Shown: piece by piece, positions 34,195 through 47,500 of the stretch
Numbering within the stretch: position 1 is the stretch's first letter
Layout of the letters: every line of letters starts with the position of its first letter
Assembly (NCBI GenBank): GCA_964035545.1
Contig: OZ037769.1
Location: 9,888,633-9,952,632 of the forward strand
Direction of reading: 5' to 3'
DNA from: Bugula neritina
Taxonomy: Eukaryota; Animalia; Bryozoa
DNA: 64,000 bases
Program-made: the position numbers and the translations under genes
Notes under the pieces: model-generated
Databases searched by the model: none
Seen by the model: the letters and a program-made list of their open reading frames with translations, nothing else
What the model was told of the DNA's origin: nothing

Positions 34195-35421
34195 TTTAGA
34201 CTTATTTGTAAACGTCTATATCTCAATCATTTTTCTAGACTGAGTCTTAAAATTTGATGTGGCGAATATTTGAAATTTTATCAACATTTACAAAAATTAA
34301 ATCATATTCAATGGCTTAGCATATATGCACACAAGGTATTCTGTACTGTGTTGCTACTAGTGTAAATTGATAGGTATTATCAAATCGCACAGCAAATTTT
34401 AAGGCTCAGTCTAGAAAAATAATTGAGATATGGATGTTTATAGATTGGTCTAAAAGTAGAAATCCTAAATTTTCCTCAAAATTTTCCTCAACTTTTGTCC
34501 AAAAAAGTAGTCATTTTTTAAAAAGTGTTTGTCAGGCCAAAAATATTTAAGGATAGTACTCAGGACATGTGTAGGTCTATTTGGTGCAATATAAACAAAA
34601 TCTGAGGGTTTCATCCCACATAGACGCTTCCCAGATAGACGCTATTTTTATTTTGTACCATAATAATGTATATAACTGGTTTATTGATTGCTAAATGGCT
34701 AATTTGCTTATAATAGCTATTATAGCTGATATAAAGTGTCTGGAATAATTATAGCCCACTTTTCACAGACCTGTGTGGGGCAAAAAACAGTAATACATTA
34801 TTAATAGACATTATTTTTGATAGGTACTTATTAACGAAATATTTTTTTTCGAATAACAAAAAGTATAAAATATGCAAAATCACTAAGTGAATGCAGATCA
34901 AAGACATTTATTTATGTGCTAAATAGAAAACAATTGATCCAAGTTTATTTAAATATACCTTTATTTTAATAATATTCAAATAAATTGCACATAAAATATG
35001 TATTGCACCAAAATAAATAAAGAGCGTTCAACTGGGAGGCGTCTAAGTGAGAAGCATCCAAGTGGGTAAGTTAGCCTAGCGTCTAACTGGGAAGCGTCTA
35101 TCTGGGATGACACCAATCTGAGACGCAAAGTCGTGTGCCATTTGGTGAGTTGGCATGGAGTGACCCTATACTATGTTGACTCAATCTGAACTTGTTATTT
35201 ACCAGTAGGCATTGTATAGGAAAAGGATGAATTTTTTAAGATTTAAAAATTTGAAGTAATTGACATGTAATTATAAAGTAATTGTAAAAATCAATTACAT
35301 TAGATATGTAATTAATTACAATTTCATTTTTATACATCAATTACAAATTACATTCAATTACTTCAAAAAATGTAATCAATTACAGCCAATTACAATTACA
35401 AATTACAATAACCCCAACCCT
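34195..35421. mobile_element. Composite of DNA-transposon fragments interrupting gag of copy D
   Basis: AT-rich block inside GC-rich gag; ends in (CAATTA)-rich repeats and CCCCAACCCTG; contains the MITE at 34607-35114. Confidence 0.6.
34607..35114. mobile_element. MITE with 16-bp subterminal repeats (Mutator-like)
   Basis: TIRs GGT(T/G)TCATCCCA.ATAGACGCTTCCCAG.TAGACGCTA; 8-bp TSD AATCTGAG (34599-34606, 35115-35122). Confidence 0.85.
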
Positions 35422-36128
35422 GCCCCGCGGCTTCGATGTAATTGATTGGCCAGCAAGTAGGCCTCACCCTCACACAGTGCGCCCTCGACTGTCGCGACTC
35501 CCCTTGCCAGAAATTGGTGATGGAGCCCTTAGTCGTTGATGGACTGCACTAACGCGTCAAAGGTGTACTGCTCGCGGTTAACCGGTAACAAGTTGCTATA
35601 CGTGATCTGTGCCAACTTCTTAACCGTGGCGGCATGCTCTTGGAAGGAGGTGTTGTAAACAGACCTGTTCCACTATGGAGGAGATGCCAATCCTCGTCCT
35701 CAAAGCTGCGAATATACCTCCGACATCAGGTTCCAGCTCATATGGTTCAGAAGTTTTTGCCAGCGACATTCGCAACTTTAGCAGAGCTACGCGGGGTGGC
35801 CACTGAGTGACTTCTGTCACCTCACTGGACTCCTGAATAAACTGTTCAGACTCAGACTCCTAAATATACTGTTCTACGTCTTTGTTGCTGATAAAGACGA
35901 AGGCTTTCAGGTCATACCTGTCACCAGGTAATTCCATGTGAGCCTCCTCACCTCCTAGCATGGGATTTGCGAGAACAACATTATTATCTGGCTCACTGTT
36001 TTCTTCTGGTGCAGACTGCGCCGGTTCCTCTGCCCCAGCGGGAGCTCTTCCCTCAAAGTCCGCCATTTTTACTTCCTCATTATAGTCCAGATGTAGTTAA
36101 GACAACATAATAAAATTCTACCGCTGCC

Positions 36129-36768
36129 CCCCCCCCCCCAAAGCCTGCCTAAGTGTTCCAAATTCAAGTACTTGGGCACAACAATCCAACAAGAGGGAGG
36201 CTGTCGGAGGGAGGTTGAGCTGAGAATATCCAAAGCTTGGAATAAGTGGAGAGAGCTGTCTGGTGTGCTCTGTGACAAGAAAATGCCCACAAAACTCAAA
36301 GTGCTGATTTACAAAATAGCTATTGGACCAACCCTACTATACGGAAATGAGACTTGGCCCATCACAAAATCTCTGGCAGACAAGATGTCATCATGTGAGA
36401 TGCGCATGCTGCGATACAGTTTGAATGTCAGTTTAGAGGATCATAAGCCAAATGAGAAAATAACAGCAGAAGCGAGAGTGATGCCAATTAAAGACCTGAT
36501 GAGGAAAAGACGAATGCAGTGGTATGGACATGTTAGAAGAAGAGAAAGCGAGGAAGACATCCGGAGAGTGTCAGAGATGACAGTTGAGGGAGTTCGACCT
36601 AGGGGTAGACCAAAGCAAAGATGGTGTGATACAATAAACTCAGACCTTAGATGGCTTGATCTAGATGGCGCAGATGCTGAAGATCGGGTTCGATGGAGAT
36701 GCCTGGTAGAACTTGGTATCAAGCAAAAACCCGCCACCCGTGCAGGACCACGACGGTGAAAGGTGACC
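36129..36768 (+). mobile_element. 5'-truncated RTE-clade LINE, a different family from 26896-30900
   Basis: Uninterrupted C-terminal ORF FKYLG...LCDKKMP..LK..IY...LLYGNETW...WYGHVRRR...RPRGRPKQRW; 20-bp TSD AATAAAATTCTACCGCTGCC (36109-36128, 36769-36788). Confidence 0.93.
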
Positions 36769-37257
36769 AATAAAATTCTACCGCTGCCACCACTGTTGTA
36801 GTTTTGTGAATCACAACTATTTGTGGGTATTATTGTGTAATTGACTACTGCATCATTATTGAGGTTATAACAGAACCGAGCGTGTTGATTTATACGATAT
36901 TATTATATTAGTTACAAAATATACAGAGCAATAGAGGTTACATCAGTTGTTAAAAGACAAAAGCACAATAATACAAAAGTTAACTATCTAGTTACTAGCG
37001 TGGTCCTCAAACTGCCGTGCGCGCCGGCTGGCGCTGTTTATAGGCGTTGGGTAACGTGTTCAATGTCAGTGCTAATTGGCGGGTAGCTTCCAGTGTTACG
37101 CATGTGAAGCCGGAAGACTAGGATCGAAACTGATAGATACACATGATTAAAAAGAGGTAAACATGAGCAAAATCCATGAACAAAAACATAATCGTCAAAG
37201 ATATTTATATTATTGATAATAAAGATAGATTGAATGAATTACAGGCATAATACCCAG

Positions 37258-37900
37258 TTAATACATGGCAAAACCCGCAAATGTTGATGGTAATTTGCAT
37301 TTCCTAACTGACCCAAAAGATTGGGGTTCAGAATTAGGGTCAGAAGAATCTGGGTCTGCAGTCTGCAAAGGACTTTGAACCAACTGCTTAGCAAAGGAAA
37401 CATTTTGCCTCGGAACATCTCCAGATAGTTCAGAACACACCATATCCAAACCCTCTTGGTATGGATCTGAACTAAAATTAGTACCCAGCTTACTTCTTTT
37501 TTTCTCGCCTCATTAAAACAGTATCACTTTGATTATTAGAATATTTTCTTGTACCACGGTCAGCATGATCCTTCATCTTTTACTTATATTGTGCATCAGA
37601 CTCGCACGCCTCATCTACTGTGCCTTTTATGTTGTTTAACGAAATGAGAAGTTGTATTCGCATTCCTTGACCAAACGGTGTCAGACTGGTAGCAGTGTGT
37701 GACGTACTTTTCTAAATTTTCACCTTGAGAGTTGACAGTTTTGAGGAATTTCTGTATGGTACAGTTGGTTCTCTCAACTTCTCATTTAGCTTTTATACCA
37801 CAACATTTCAGGTAGAACTGCATTTCTTGTGAAATGAATTGTGAGCAATTGTTAGACCTGAGCATCTCTGAGTACCCATAGACCGCAAAAACCTCATTCG
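37258..37900 (-). pseudogene. Degraded integrase relic of an unrelated LTR retrotransposon
   Basis: Hand translation gives AVYGYSEMLRSNNCSQFISQEMQFYLKCCGIK and STSHTATSLTPF, resembling the integrase SDNGxQF and STPHxxTGxTP motifs. Confidence 0.55.
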
Positions 37901-39347
37901 AAAAAGAAACAATTTTCTCAGGGGGTGCTTTTTGATAGCGGGAGGCTGTAGTAGATTTGGAGACCTATTTATGTCTTAATTGCTTTTTTACTCGAATGCC
38001 TTAATTATATTTTGTGTATGAATACGTCCTATTTTTTTTTGTGAATGCCTTAATTGGTGTTTTTATACTTAACCTCTTGATGTAGTTTTCTTTGTTCAGT
38101 TTCTCTTTGTTTAGTTTTCTTTGTTCACTTATATAAGTTTAAATTCAAGCATCCCGAAGTTTGAGATATCGAATTCGGATGTCGGCTCCCAAATATGGCA
38201 TCTAAATCAAACTTTTAGATGCCCAAATTCCATTATGGATGTTCGAATTCAGCCTGAATTTAAAATGTTGTGGAATTTAGAGGTGTCCGAATTCGGGGGT
38301 ATACAAGGGCGAGCTTCCCAGAGTTGAATCAGTCTACTGCTGGAGCTCCAAGACTCAACTAATGCTTTCAAGACTGCTGCATTTTTCAAGTGCACAAATA
38401 ATGTTACTACATCTGGAAACTGCCTTCTCTCTCTTTCTTGCAACACAATGAGCTTATTTTCACTAGCTAGGTTCTATAAATAACCAACAAAACTATCGCA
38501 CATACTGTTTTCATTCTCTATGTACTACTCAACGTGTTTACATGTTCTGTACAATAAAAAGCCTTTTTATATAATACTGTGTGTATGAAAAAGAACTGGC
38601 ATATGCTCTTATGTTGCAAGAGTGGTGAAAATTGTAGGTCATAAAACTAATGTATTCTTCTACAAGCATGGTTGTGATGGCTTTTTTCTTTACACTATGA
38701 AGAAAGCAATAATGGCAATCTTGCATCAAACAAGATATGAAATGCAAGCTACATCTAGGTTGAGGTTTTCTGTAAACCTAGACCTAGCACAGTTAGTAGC
38801 ATGCCATACGGTTATATATAGTTACAATAACATGTATCATATCAATAGGCTATGTTCTTTTTTATTTCACTTAGTTTTCAGTTTTATTTTGTTTAGCCAT
38901 TTTTCAGTTCACTACAAAGTTAAAACAACTTCTTCTGTAACATAAATAGCATTAGTTCAACCTGCCCTACAGATCAGTTCAATGCACATTGAGCCAAAAA
39001 TCATGGGCTAAAAACTAACTGTTTCTTATGTTTATTCATTTAATTTCATATGATGGACTTGCATGGCTGTGGTTCCTAAACTGGTTCTTAATTTCTTCTA
39101 AACTTGTATTTAAACGTGGCAAGTTTGGTTCAACTACACCCATCATCCAACTGCTGAAAATTAGATATTATTTCAGCTACTCTTAAATTTACTCTTTTCA
39201 TGTAATAATAAGTGGTAGGAGCTAAAGTATAGAAATAGGTGTTTAACAAACTAATCCTTAAAATCTATATTCAACAATGTCTGATGCTATGGCAAAAAAC
39301 TAAATTAATAACTAGTAAAATTAATTTGTGCTTTAGTAGTTTTTATT

Positions 39348-41031
39348 GGGTGTGACTAAAATGGGTGGCCACCTGGTGCCGCGGTCCGTGACACCCATCT
39401 TAGTCATAAGGGAGGGTTTTGACTAAAATGGGTGTCGCAAACAATTTTCGTTTCATTTTCAGATTTTTAGACATTTGTGACTGTTGAAATTGTTATTTAA
39501 TAAATCTTCAGTGAATAATTCACATTTCACAATCAGTTTAAACCAAAAAACATGAATAAATAACAATTAAATTAAATTAAGTTTAACAAAAATCAAACTC
39601 GTCAAGAATTATCTTTCCTCATCAAAAGTTTAATTTTCACTTAATTTTACTGTTATCGATATGATTATAGACATGCTAACTTATGAAACATGTATTTTAA
39701 ACTATTAAAAACTTTTTGAGCAATATTAACAAACAAAAATGTCTGCAAAACGTGAAAATAAAACTAAAACTATTCGCGACACCTATTCTAATCAAAACAC
39801 CCACGAAGGATTAAAATGGGTGTCACTGTGATTTTTGCTTTATTTTTAGCTTTCTGGGCGGTTTTGGATACTATAAATTATGTCATGTTGAAACTTTTAC
39901 TTGCTTTTACCAATTAAAACTATTAAAGTTTTTAATACTCACAAATATTGGGGAAAAATCATAAAAACAAAACTAAGAACTAAGGAAAGATAACTCTAGG
40001 GGGTGTCACTGATAGTTTCGGTTTTGTAAATTATTATTTAATATTACTGTCATTTGGGGTGAAACAGTTATAATATATTAGAGTTTTCCTTAAGTTTTGA
40101 TCAACAACCAATTTAACAACAAGAATTGCCAAAAAGCTAAAAAATAAAGCAAAAATCACTGTGGCACCCATTTTAGTCATTTGGAGGGGGTTTTGACTAA
40201 AATGGGTGTCACAAAAATGTTTAGTTTTATTTTCACATTTTGTGAATTTTTTTTTTTGTTAATATTGCTCTCAGTAGTTTTACTAGTTTAAAGTATATGG
40301 TGCATTAGTCAGCATGTCTAAAAACTGAAAAATAACTATGAAACTAAATCAAAATACATGTATTGAATTTTTCCCTTGACATCCCCTAGTTTTTGACCCC
40401 AAAGGTTTTCACAATGACTTTAATCTTATTTATTCTATGACACAGTTTCGTAGCTTTTTAATTAGCTAAGTTGGTGTAAAAATGCAAAAGCAGTTTAATG
40501 ATATCAAGTGTAAAATTATATCTGTCCTCAATGCAGAATGCCAAATGCAAATAAAAAAATCTTGTGACACCCATTTTAGTCATTCTGGACTAAAATGGGT
40601 GTCGCGAAAGTTTTTAGTTTTATTTTCACATTTTGTAGACATTTTTGTTTTTTACTATTGCTCAAAAATTTTTTAATAGTTTAAAGTATATGTTTCATAA
40701 GTTATCATGTCTATGATCATAACGATAACAATAAAATTAGGTGAAAATTAAATTTTTGATGACGAAAGATAACTCTTGATAAGTTTGTTTTTTGTTAAAA
40801 TTAATTTAATTTAATCATTATTTATTCATTTTTTTGGTTTAAACGGTTGTGAAATGTTCATTACTCACTGAAGATTTATTTAACAATAATCTTAACAGTC
40901 ACAGCTGTCTAAGAATCTGAAAATAAAACGAAAATTGTTCGCGACACCCATTTTATTCAAAACCCCCTCTTATGACTAAAATGGGTGTCACGGACTGCGA
41001 CACCGGGTGGCCACCCAATTTAGTCACACCC
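39348..41031. mobile_element. Non-autonomous foldback/Mutator-like element
   Basis: About 430-bp imperfect TIRs starting GGGTGTGACTAAA, repeated GACTAAAATGGGTGTC modules, and 9-bp flanks GTTTTTATT / ATTTTTATT. Confidence 0.85.
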
Positions 41032-41561
41032 ATTTTTATTTTTGTCAACATAATACTTTTATTTCTAAGCTGTAAATGTGTATTTTTGACAATTTATTTG
41101 GAATAGTAGAACTGTAAAAAAAAATTATTTTCTTATGGGGATGTAAACAAATTCATTTTTGCAAGCCATTTTGGAAAACTGCAATAAATGCCATTTGTGT
41201 AAATTAGGTATTGGGTCATTTATATACAAGTGAGAATAAACTTTGCTATTGGTAAGTTTATTAGAGAGCAGCGGTGGTCTAGCAGTTGAAAAGCTGGCTT
41301 AGTCAACACAAACTCAACGATTTAACTTCCAGTAAAAGCTATCGTTGATATTAAGAAAGGAATTCAGTTGTAATTACTCTTTTGACACATTAGATAATAA
41401 AGTCCTTAGTCAGCCTAAAAACCTTTTTTATTTAGTTGGAACATAGTGAGCTACTTACAGTCGGTACTTTCTACTACTTGTTAACACTTTGATTGAGTCA
41501 TTTACAAGTCCATAATTTTATTTTGCTCATATTTTTTTCAGAATTGAACCCAACAGCCAAA

Positions 41562-44500
41562 ATGACCGATTCCAAATATTTCACCACCACCAAAAAAGGT
41601 CAGTGTAGGATTGTAGGTAGCAGCGTGTAGGGCTTGGTTTGGTTTGGGGTTTGAGCTGCTGTAACAGTTTGAACTTTCAAGGTTGCTCAGTGATTGAGCT
41701 TTGTGTTGCAGCAGCTAAAAATAGCATCTGATGAAAGTTAGCAGTAATTTACTACCGTATTGATTTTATAATGCCATGAATCCAAAGTCAACCTGAAATT
41801 TCATGGCACAGTAAAAATGGCACAGGTAATAATGACGCAAATGGCAAAGTAGGTAAAAAACCCCAATGGATTGGCTTAGCTGATTATTGGCTTGTTACTT
41901 TGATAAGACAACGTTTCACCATAGGAATAATTGTAATACATAGTCATCGTAAAATACTAATCAATTTCTGGGTTTGAAAGAAATAACCCTGCTAACCATA
42001 TTAAAACTAACGAATAAAATATACTTACCAGTATTTCATAATCTTGTTTAGTAGCATTTTGAATATTTCAAGGTCAATGCAATTAATGTAAATATTTTTT
42101 TAATCAAATCGAAAATGAAAAACTAGCTATAGGTTATATAATATATGGCAAAGCTCTAATATCTGGTAGACGGTTATTGACAAGGCTATCTCGAAAGATG
42201 AATAATGTTTTTTGAGAAGAAATATAAATTGTAGTAAAAATACTTACATGGTTGTATTTAGTTCAAGCTAGACAACTTATTGTTATTTAGTCATCATGAT
42301 GATTCTTTTTGTTTACTAAAGGAGAGTTGTTTGAACTGAAAGCTGAGCTTAATGGTGACAGAAAAGATGTTCAGAAAGATGCTATAAAGAAGGTGATTGC
42401 TAGCATGACTGTGGGGAAAGACGTCAGTCAGCTCTTTCCTGATGTTATCAATTGTGGACAGACAGATGATCTCGAACTCAAGAAGCTTGTTTACCTTTAC
42501 TCAATGAACTATGCCAAGAGCCAACCACGGCTCACCTTGATGGCTGTTAATACTTTTGTTAAGGTGTGTTTTAGTCTTTTACTTTCGAAATTACGTGCAT
42601 ACTACAAGGTAAACACCTAGAATGATGTACCTGAACCAAAGCTGTAATGAGATGGTATTTGCGCTCACATTTTTTCATATACTTGTTATATAGGCTCAGT
42701 TTTTAATGCTAATTTATGTCAACATAAAATTCAATTAATGGTTTTAGTGAGCATTTACCTAATTAATGAATTGCATTTACTGAATAATGAATAAATAGTT
42801 ACCAGTCCACTTATAATAAAGTAATGCATTTATATATAATTTTGTTATTTGTTTTTGAACCCATGATTCAAATTTAGTAACTTAAAAATAAAAAATCTTG
42901 ATTGATGGTTTTTTCTACTAATTTCAATTCTATGTTTTATGCAATATTTTGTTAGTTGATTAGTAGAAATATGTAGAACTTTTTCATTTTTGTTGGCCTG
43001 AGCTAGATTTTATCATCATCATGCATGTTCAATATAATTATTTTCGAATTTTCAGTACCGCAGCAGATTCCTGATGCTATCAAAAGCCAATAATCCTGCA
43101 ATACTGCACTAATACTTCGGCATTTGCCTATTATTTTGCAATTAAGCTTTTTATTTCTATCTATTTTTAAGGACTCAAAGCACCCTAATCCTCTAATTAG
43201 AGCTTTAGCTGTAAGGACTATGGGATGTATACGAGTGGACGAAATAACTGACTATTTCTGTGAGCCGCTGAGGAAATGTCTCAAGGTGTATACACATGTA
43301 AAATTACAATTTAAATTTAAGTATAGATTGAGAAAATTTTCAATAAGTTTTTAGTTTCTCAACAGGTTTGTTTTGTGAAAAGTGATAATTTGTGGCATGA
43401 GTTGATTTCCTTAAAAAAATTATTTTCATCAAGAACAATGTATTATAAAGTTTAAATATTTTAAATTACTAGTATAAACTAAGAGCATGCTGTTTCGCAG
43501 ACCCTTGAACCTGGCAGTATAGAGTATATGTGTGCATGGGTTTGTTTTGTATATGTCTATGTATGCTTAGGATGATGACCCTTATGTAAGAAAAACAGCT
43601 GCTGTTAGTGTTGCCAAACTATACGACATCAATGGAGAGCTTGTGGAAGAGCAGGGGTTTCTGGAGATGCTCAAGGTGAGTTTTCTGTGTGCGTGTTTGT
43701 GCAAGTGCTTTGCCCACCTGCCAATTTTTGTGAGAGAAAGTTTTATAGATTTACAATATTTCTTGAAAGCCATTTTAGTCTTACGCCTAAATTACTCAAA
43801 TAATTACGTAATTAAAATTATATGATGCTCCTTTGAAAATTGCTTAACTTCTGTATATAAATGAATATCCCATTCAGAGTGATAACCCCCCCCCCACCAG
43901 ATACAAAAAGTTATCTGCATATTTGAAATCAGTAGAATGTTGGCTTTTCGGTGATATATAGCAGCAAAGGTTAGTATTGATGTGCTCTACCGCCCAATTT
44001 TTCATGCTTGCACCCCACTAATAATTCACTTTCTGTGAATGAATGCAATAATTTTAATTACATTCCCCAAAAGCAGTGCATTCTCTTCCAAACCCAAGGT
44101 AAATAGCAGTTGTATCAACCACTGACTTATAACCAACTTCCAGTAAATCTAACTTGTCCGGTGAAAGATATGTTTAAATAATTTTCAAGTGCCTAGCGTT
44201 GACTTAAAAATTATAAAAATATATTATATAATTACTGAGCCTATAGTCGTGAACTTGAATTTTAGAACCTATTGTGTCAGAGGTATAGTTCTTTTTTCCC
44301 AGTTGTTAGGATCTCTTTCTCATGGGCACTTGCTATTTTAGGACCTGCTGTCAGATAGCAACCCTATGGTAGTGGCTAATGCAGTTGCAGCTATAGCTGA
44401 GATTAAAGAAACCTGCACCAGGCCTCATGAGCTACTCTCTTTCAATCAGGGAACTATAAATAAACTGCTGACGGCTTTAAATGAGTGTACAGAGTAAGTG

Positions 44501-47500
44501 TTTCTTTATAGACTGCTTATTGTAGGATTTCTTCTTTAATCCATATGTTGTCTCAGTTCATTTATTTTTGTTCGATTTATTTTTTAAAATATTGCTGTAG
44601 CCTTCTAGCATCAAAATACACAGTACCTAGTTTTATTGGTATTTATATCATACATTATTGAAATATACCATATGCCACAGATGATTTTAATAATTGAATT
44701 GATGAGTTTCAGTCCACTGAACAATTCACCTGGTGTGCTACAAGTATCGTTATTATAATTTCTATTGATCAAAATGGATGATATTCACTAGTTGTGGTGT
44801 TGATTAACCCCAATTTCTCAACACAGCTGATTTAGCTATCAACTTACTTTTGTTTTCTTTCATTTTTTATATAAGAGGCTTAATGGTTTTGTCTTGTTGG
44901 TAAAAATTATGTACAAAATGGGTGCCAACTTACTGAGACTTTCTAGCTAGGTTTTATGTCAATCAGATTTAATGTATCTAGCACTCTAGTGAAATTGTAA
45001 CAAATTGTCAAAGCTTGAAAGCAAATGTTAATGATGGGTGAATTGTATTTTACTTGTTCGTGTGGTGAACCACCATTGTTGTAATGAAACCTAATTTTAC
45101 GACACCTTTTTGCCTTTAACTTCTATGATGCATCGCTTACTTTTTTGCAGCTTGAAAGTTTTTATTAAATTAAGGTTCAAGAAATTCAAATTTTCAGCTT
45201 TTTTTCTAAAGTGGCTTCAGCTGGAAGATTTTCCTCCATGTTCTTCACTTGGCTGCATTTGTTCACTAATGAGTTTGCAACATCTCATATAAATTCTTTG
45301 CATTGTGGCAAGCATCTAATACAGCTATGTTTTTCCATGTAAAGGTTTCATACCAAGCAGCGGTGTAAGCCTCAGCTGATTTTAAACCTATGTGCTCCTC
45401 TCTGCAACTCAGTCAGTCCAATAAATCAAATTATACATTCTTGAAAGAAAACAATTCAAAGCACTCAACTCAGCGAATACATATTTGACTCAGCACAATA
45501 AATGTTCAGAAAATATTTAATTCTATATTTTAGATGGGGGCAGGTGTTTATCTTAGACTGTGTGGGAGGGTATGAACCCAGGGATGAAAGAGATGCACAA
45601 AGTATTATAGAGAGAGTAACTCCAAGACTGTCCCATGCTAATGCAGCTGTTGTTCTATCTGCTGTCAAGGTTATTAAGAATATTATTATTTTGAACAGCA
45701 TTATTATAAGAAACTTCCAAACTTAAAACCCCTTAGATTCTGTATTGAGTAATTTTAAGACATTGAACTTATAAATTTTGACATTTTTTGTTCATACAAC
45801 ACCTTTTATTGCATCATGAATATCATCCTTCATGACATTATATGCACACTGAGCAAGTAGTCTACTAAAAAACTAACTTCGAAAAACTACATTCTGGTAG
45901 TTTAAAATAAAAAGTGTAAAAATATGTGAAAAATGACAAGTATTTTTTTGAAACGCAATGCCAGAAAGATGACTTTAAATGAAATTTTCACAAATCAATA
46001 TGAATATGAACTTTATTATACAAGTCTTGTATTTCCAGTGATTATCCCAGCTATTGTTTGTATTTTCACAAAATGTATTGACACTTAGAATTAACCGTCC
46101 GTGCCATGCACAGTGCTCCTATAGATATCGTCAGCCATGGTTTATTCTTCAGTAGCAATATGAAAAGTTGAATGATGATTGCAGGTAATAATGAGATTAC
46201 TGGATATTCTGGACCAATCAAGTGAATTTGTTTCTTCACTGACCAGGAAACTAGCAGCTCCTCTGGTTACGCTGCTTTCTGCAGAACCAGAGATACAATA
46301 TGTCGCACTCCGAAATATCAACCTTGTCATTCAAAAAAGGTATGTTTTGCCTGGTGAAAATCTTTACTTTTCTATTAGTAATGCAATATTTATGATGTGT
46401 AGATAGCTTTGCACAATCTTTAGGTGTGCTTTACCAATTATTTAGCAATCTAGTTGTGAAGATCTTAAACTTGTGTTGTAGCAAATAGTTTGGTGTCTGA
46501 ATTGTAATCACGAAGTAAAAACAACAGCAGTCGTTTTTTTAAAATAAAGTGATATGTTATTTTGTTGTTTGTACACCTGGTGAGTTGTTATGTCCGTAAT
46601 AGCTTATTAGCCCATAGAACTTCAGGCTAAATCCTTTGACCTGGGAGGTCCACCACACAGTATTTTAGCTGGTCATTTCGGTTGACCATCTAACCGTGGT
46701 TGCATTTCAATGTTCTTGTTTTAATTTATCTTTTTTTATCAGTAGCCACTTGGTGGTCATCCTATTTTTATATTTTAAATTCACGAGGTCTGGGTGGAAC
46801 TAAATGCACTTATTTGGCTACTGCATCTCGACTGTTGTTATACTATTTTATTTATTTATTTATTTATTTATGGTTATATATGCACAATTTTCTGTTGGGC
46901 AGCATCTATCACTAAATTTATTAATATCATTACTGCTCTGTCATTTACTTCATCTTTTCCTTCTTGCTTAGCTTTTTTTAGCTTTTTCAATAATCTGTTT
47001 GATAGTAAATGTCTTGGTACATTAGCTTTGAATGTAGTATTTCATCCATAATAATTAGTACTTTTATCTCGTGCCCTCTTCACATTACCATCACAGCACC
47101 TGCGCACAGTTACAACCCATGTTGGTTGGTTAGGGTAGCCTTCTAAGTATTTTGTTCTTTTTTCCATGTCATCTTCAGCTAACATCTACATCTAATTCTA
47201 TTCCCTTTTAAATTCAGTCAAGATTATGCCAAAACCCTCTAAAAGCACATACATTTTTAAAGTTAGCTTTGTGCAGTTATATGCAACACCCTACACGTTG
47301 CATGTATATTACAGACCTGATATTCTGAAGCATGAACTGAAAGTATTCTTTGTAAAATACAACGATCCAGTCTACGTCAAGATGGAGAAATTGGATATTA
47401 TGATTAGATTAACTAATCAGTCCAACATCACTCAAACGCTATCGGAGCTGAAAGAGTTAGTGTTTATGTTGTAGTAGCATTAGAATTTTCCTATATTAGT

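Larger units (their letters stand above)
31056..37140 (-). mobile_element. Ty3/Gypsy copy D, old and 3'-truncated, with nested insertions; outer LTR boundary uncertain
   Basis: Degraded gag (35422-36066) and PR/RT/RH (31076-33988) homologous to B, GTTAAAC slip site at 34108-34102, PBS remnant ending at 36792, LTR starting at 36794. Confidence 0.85.
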
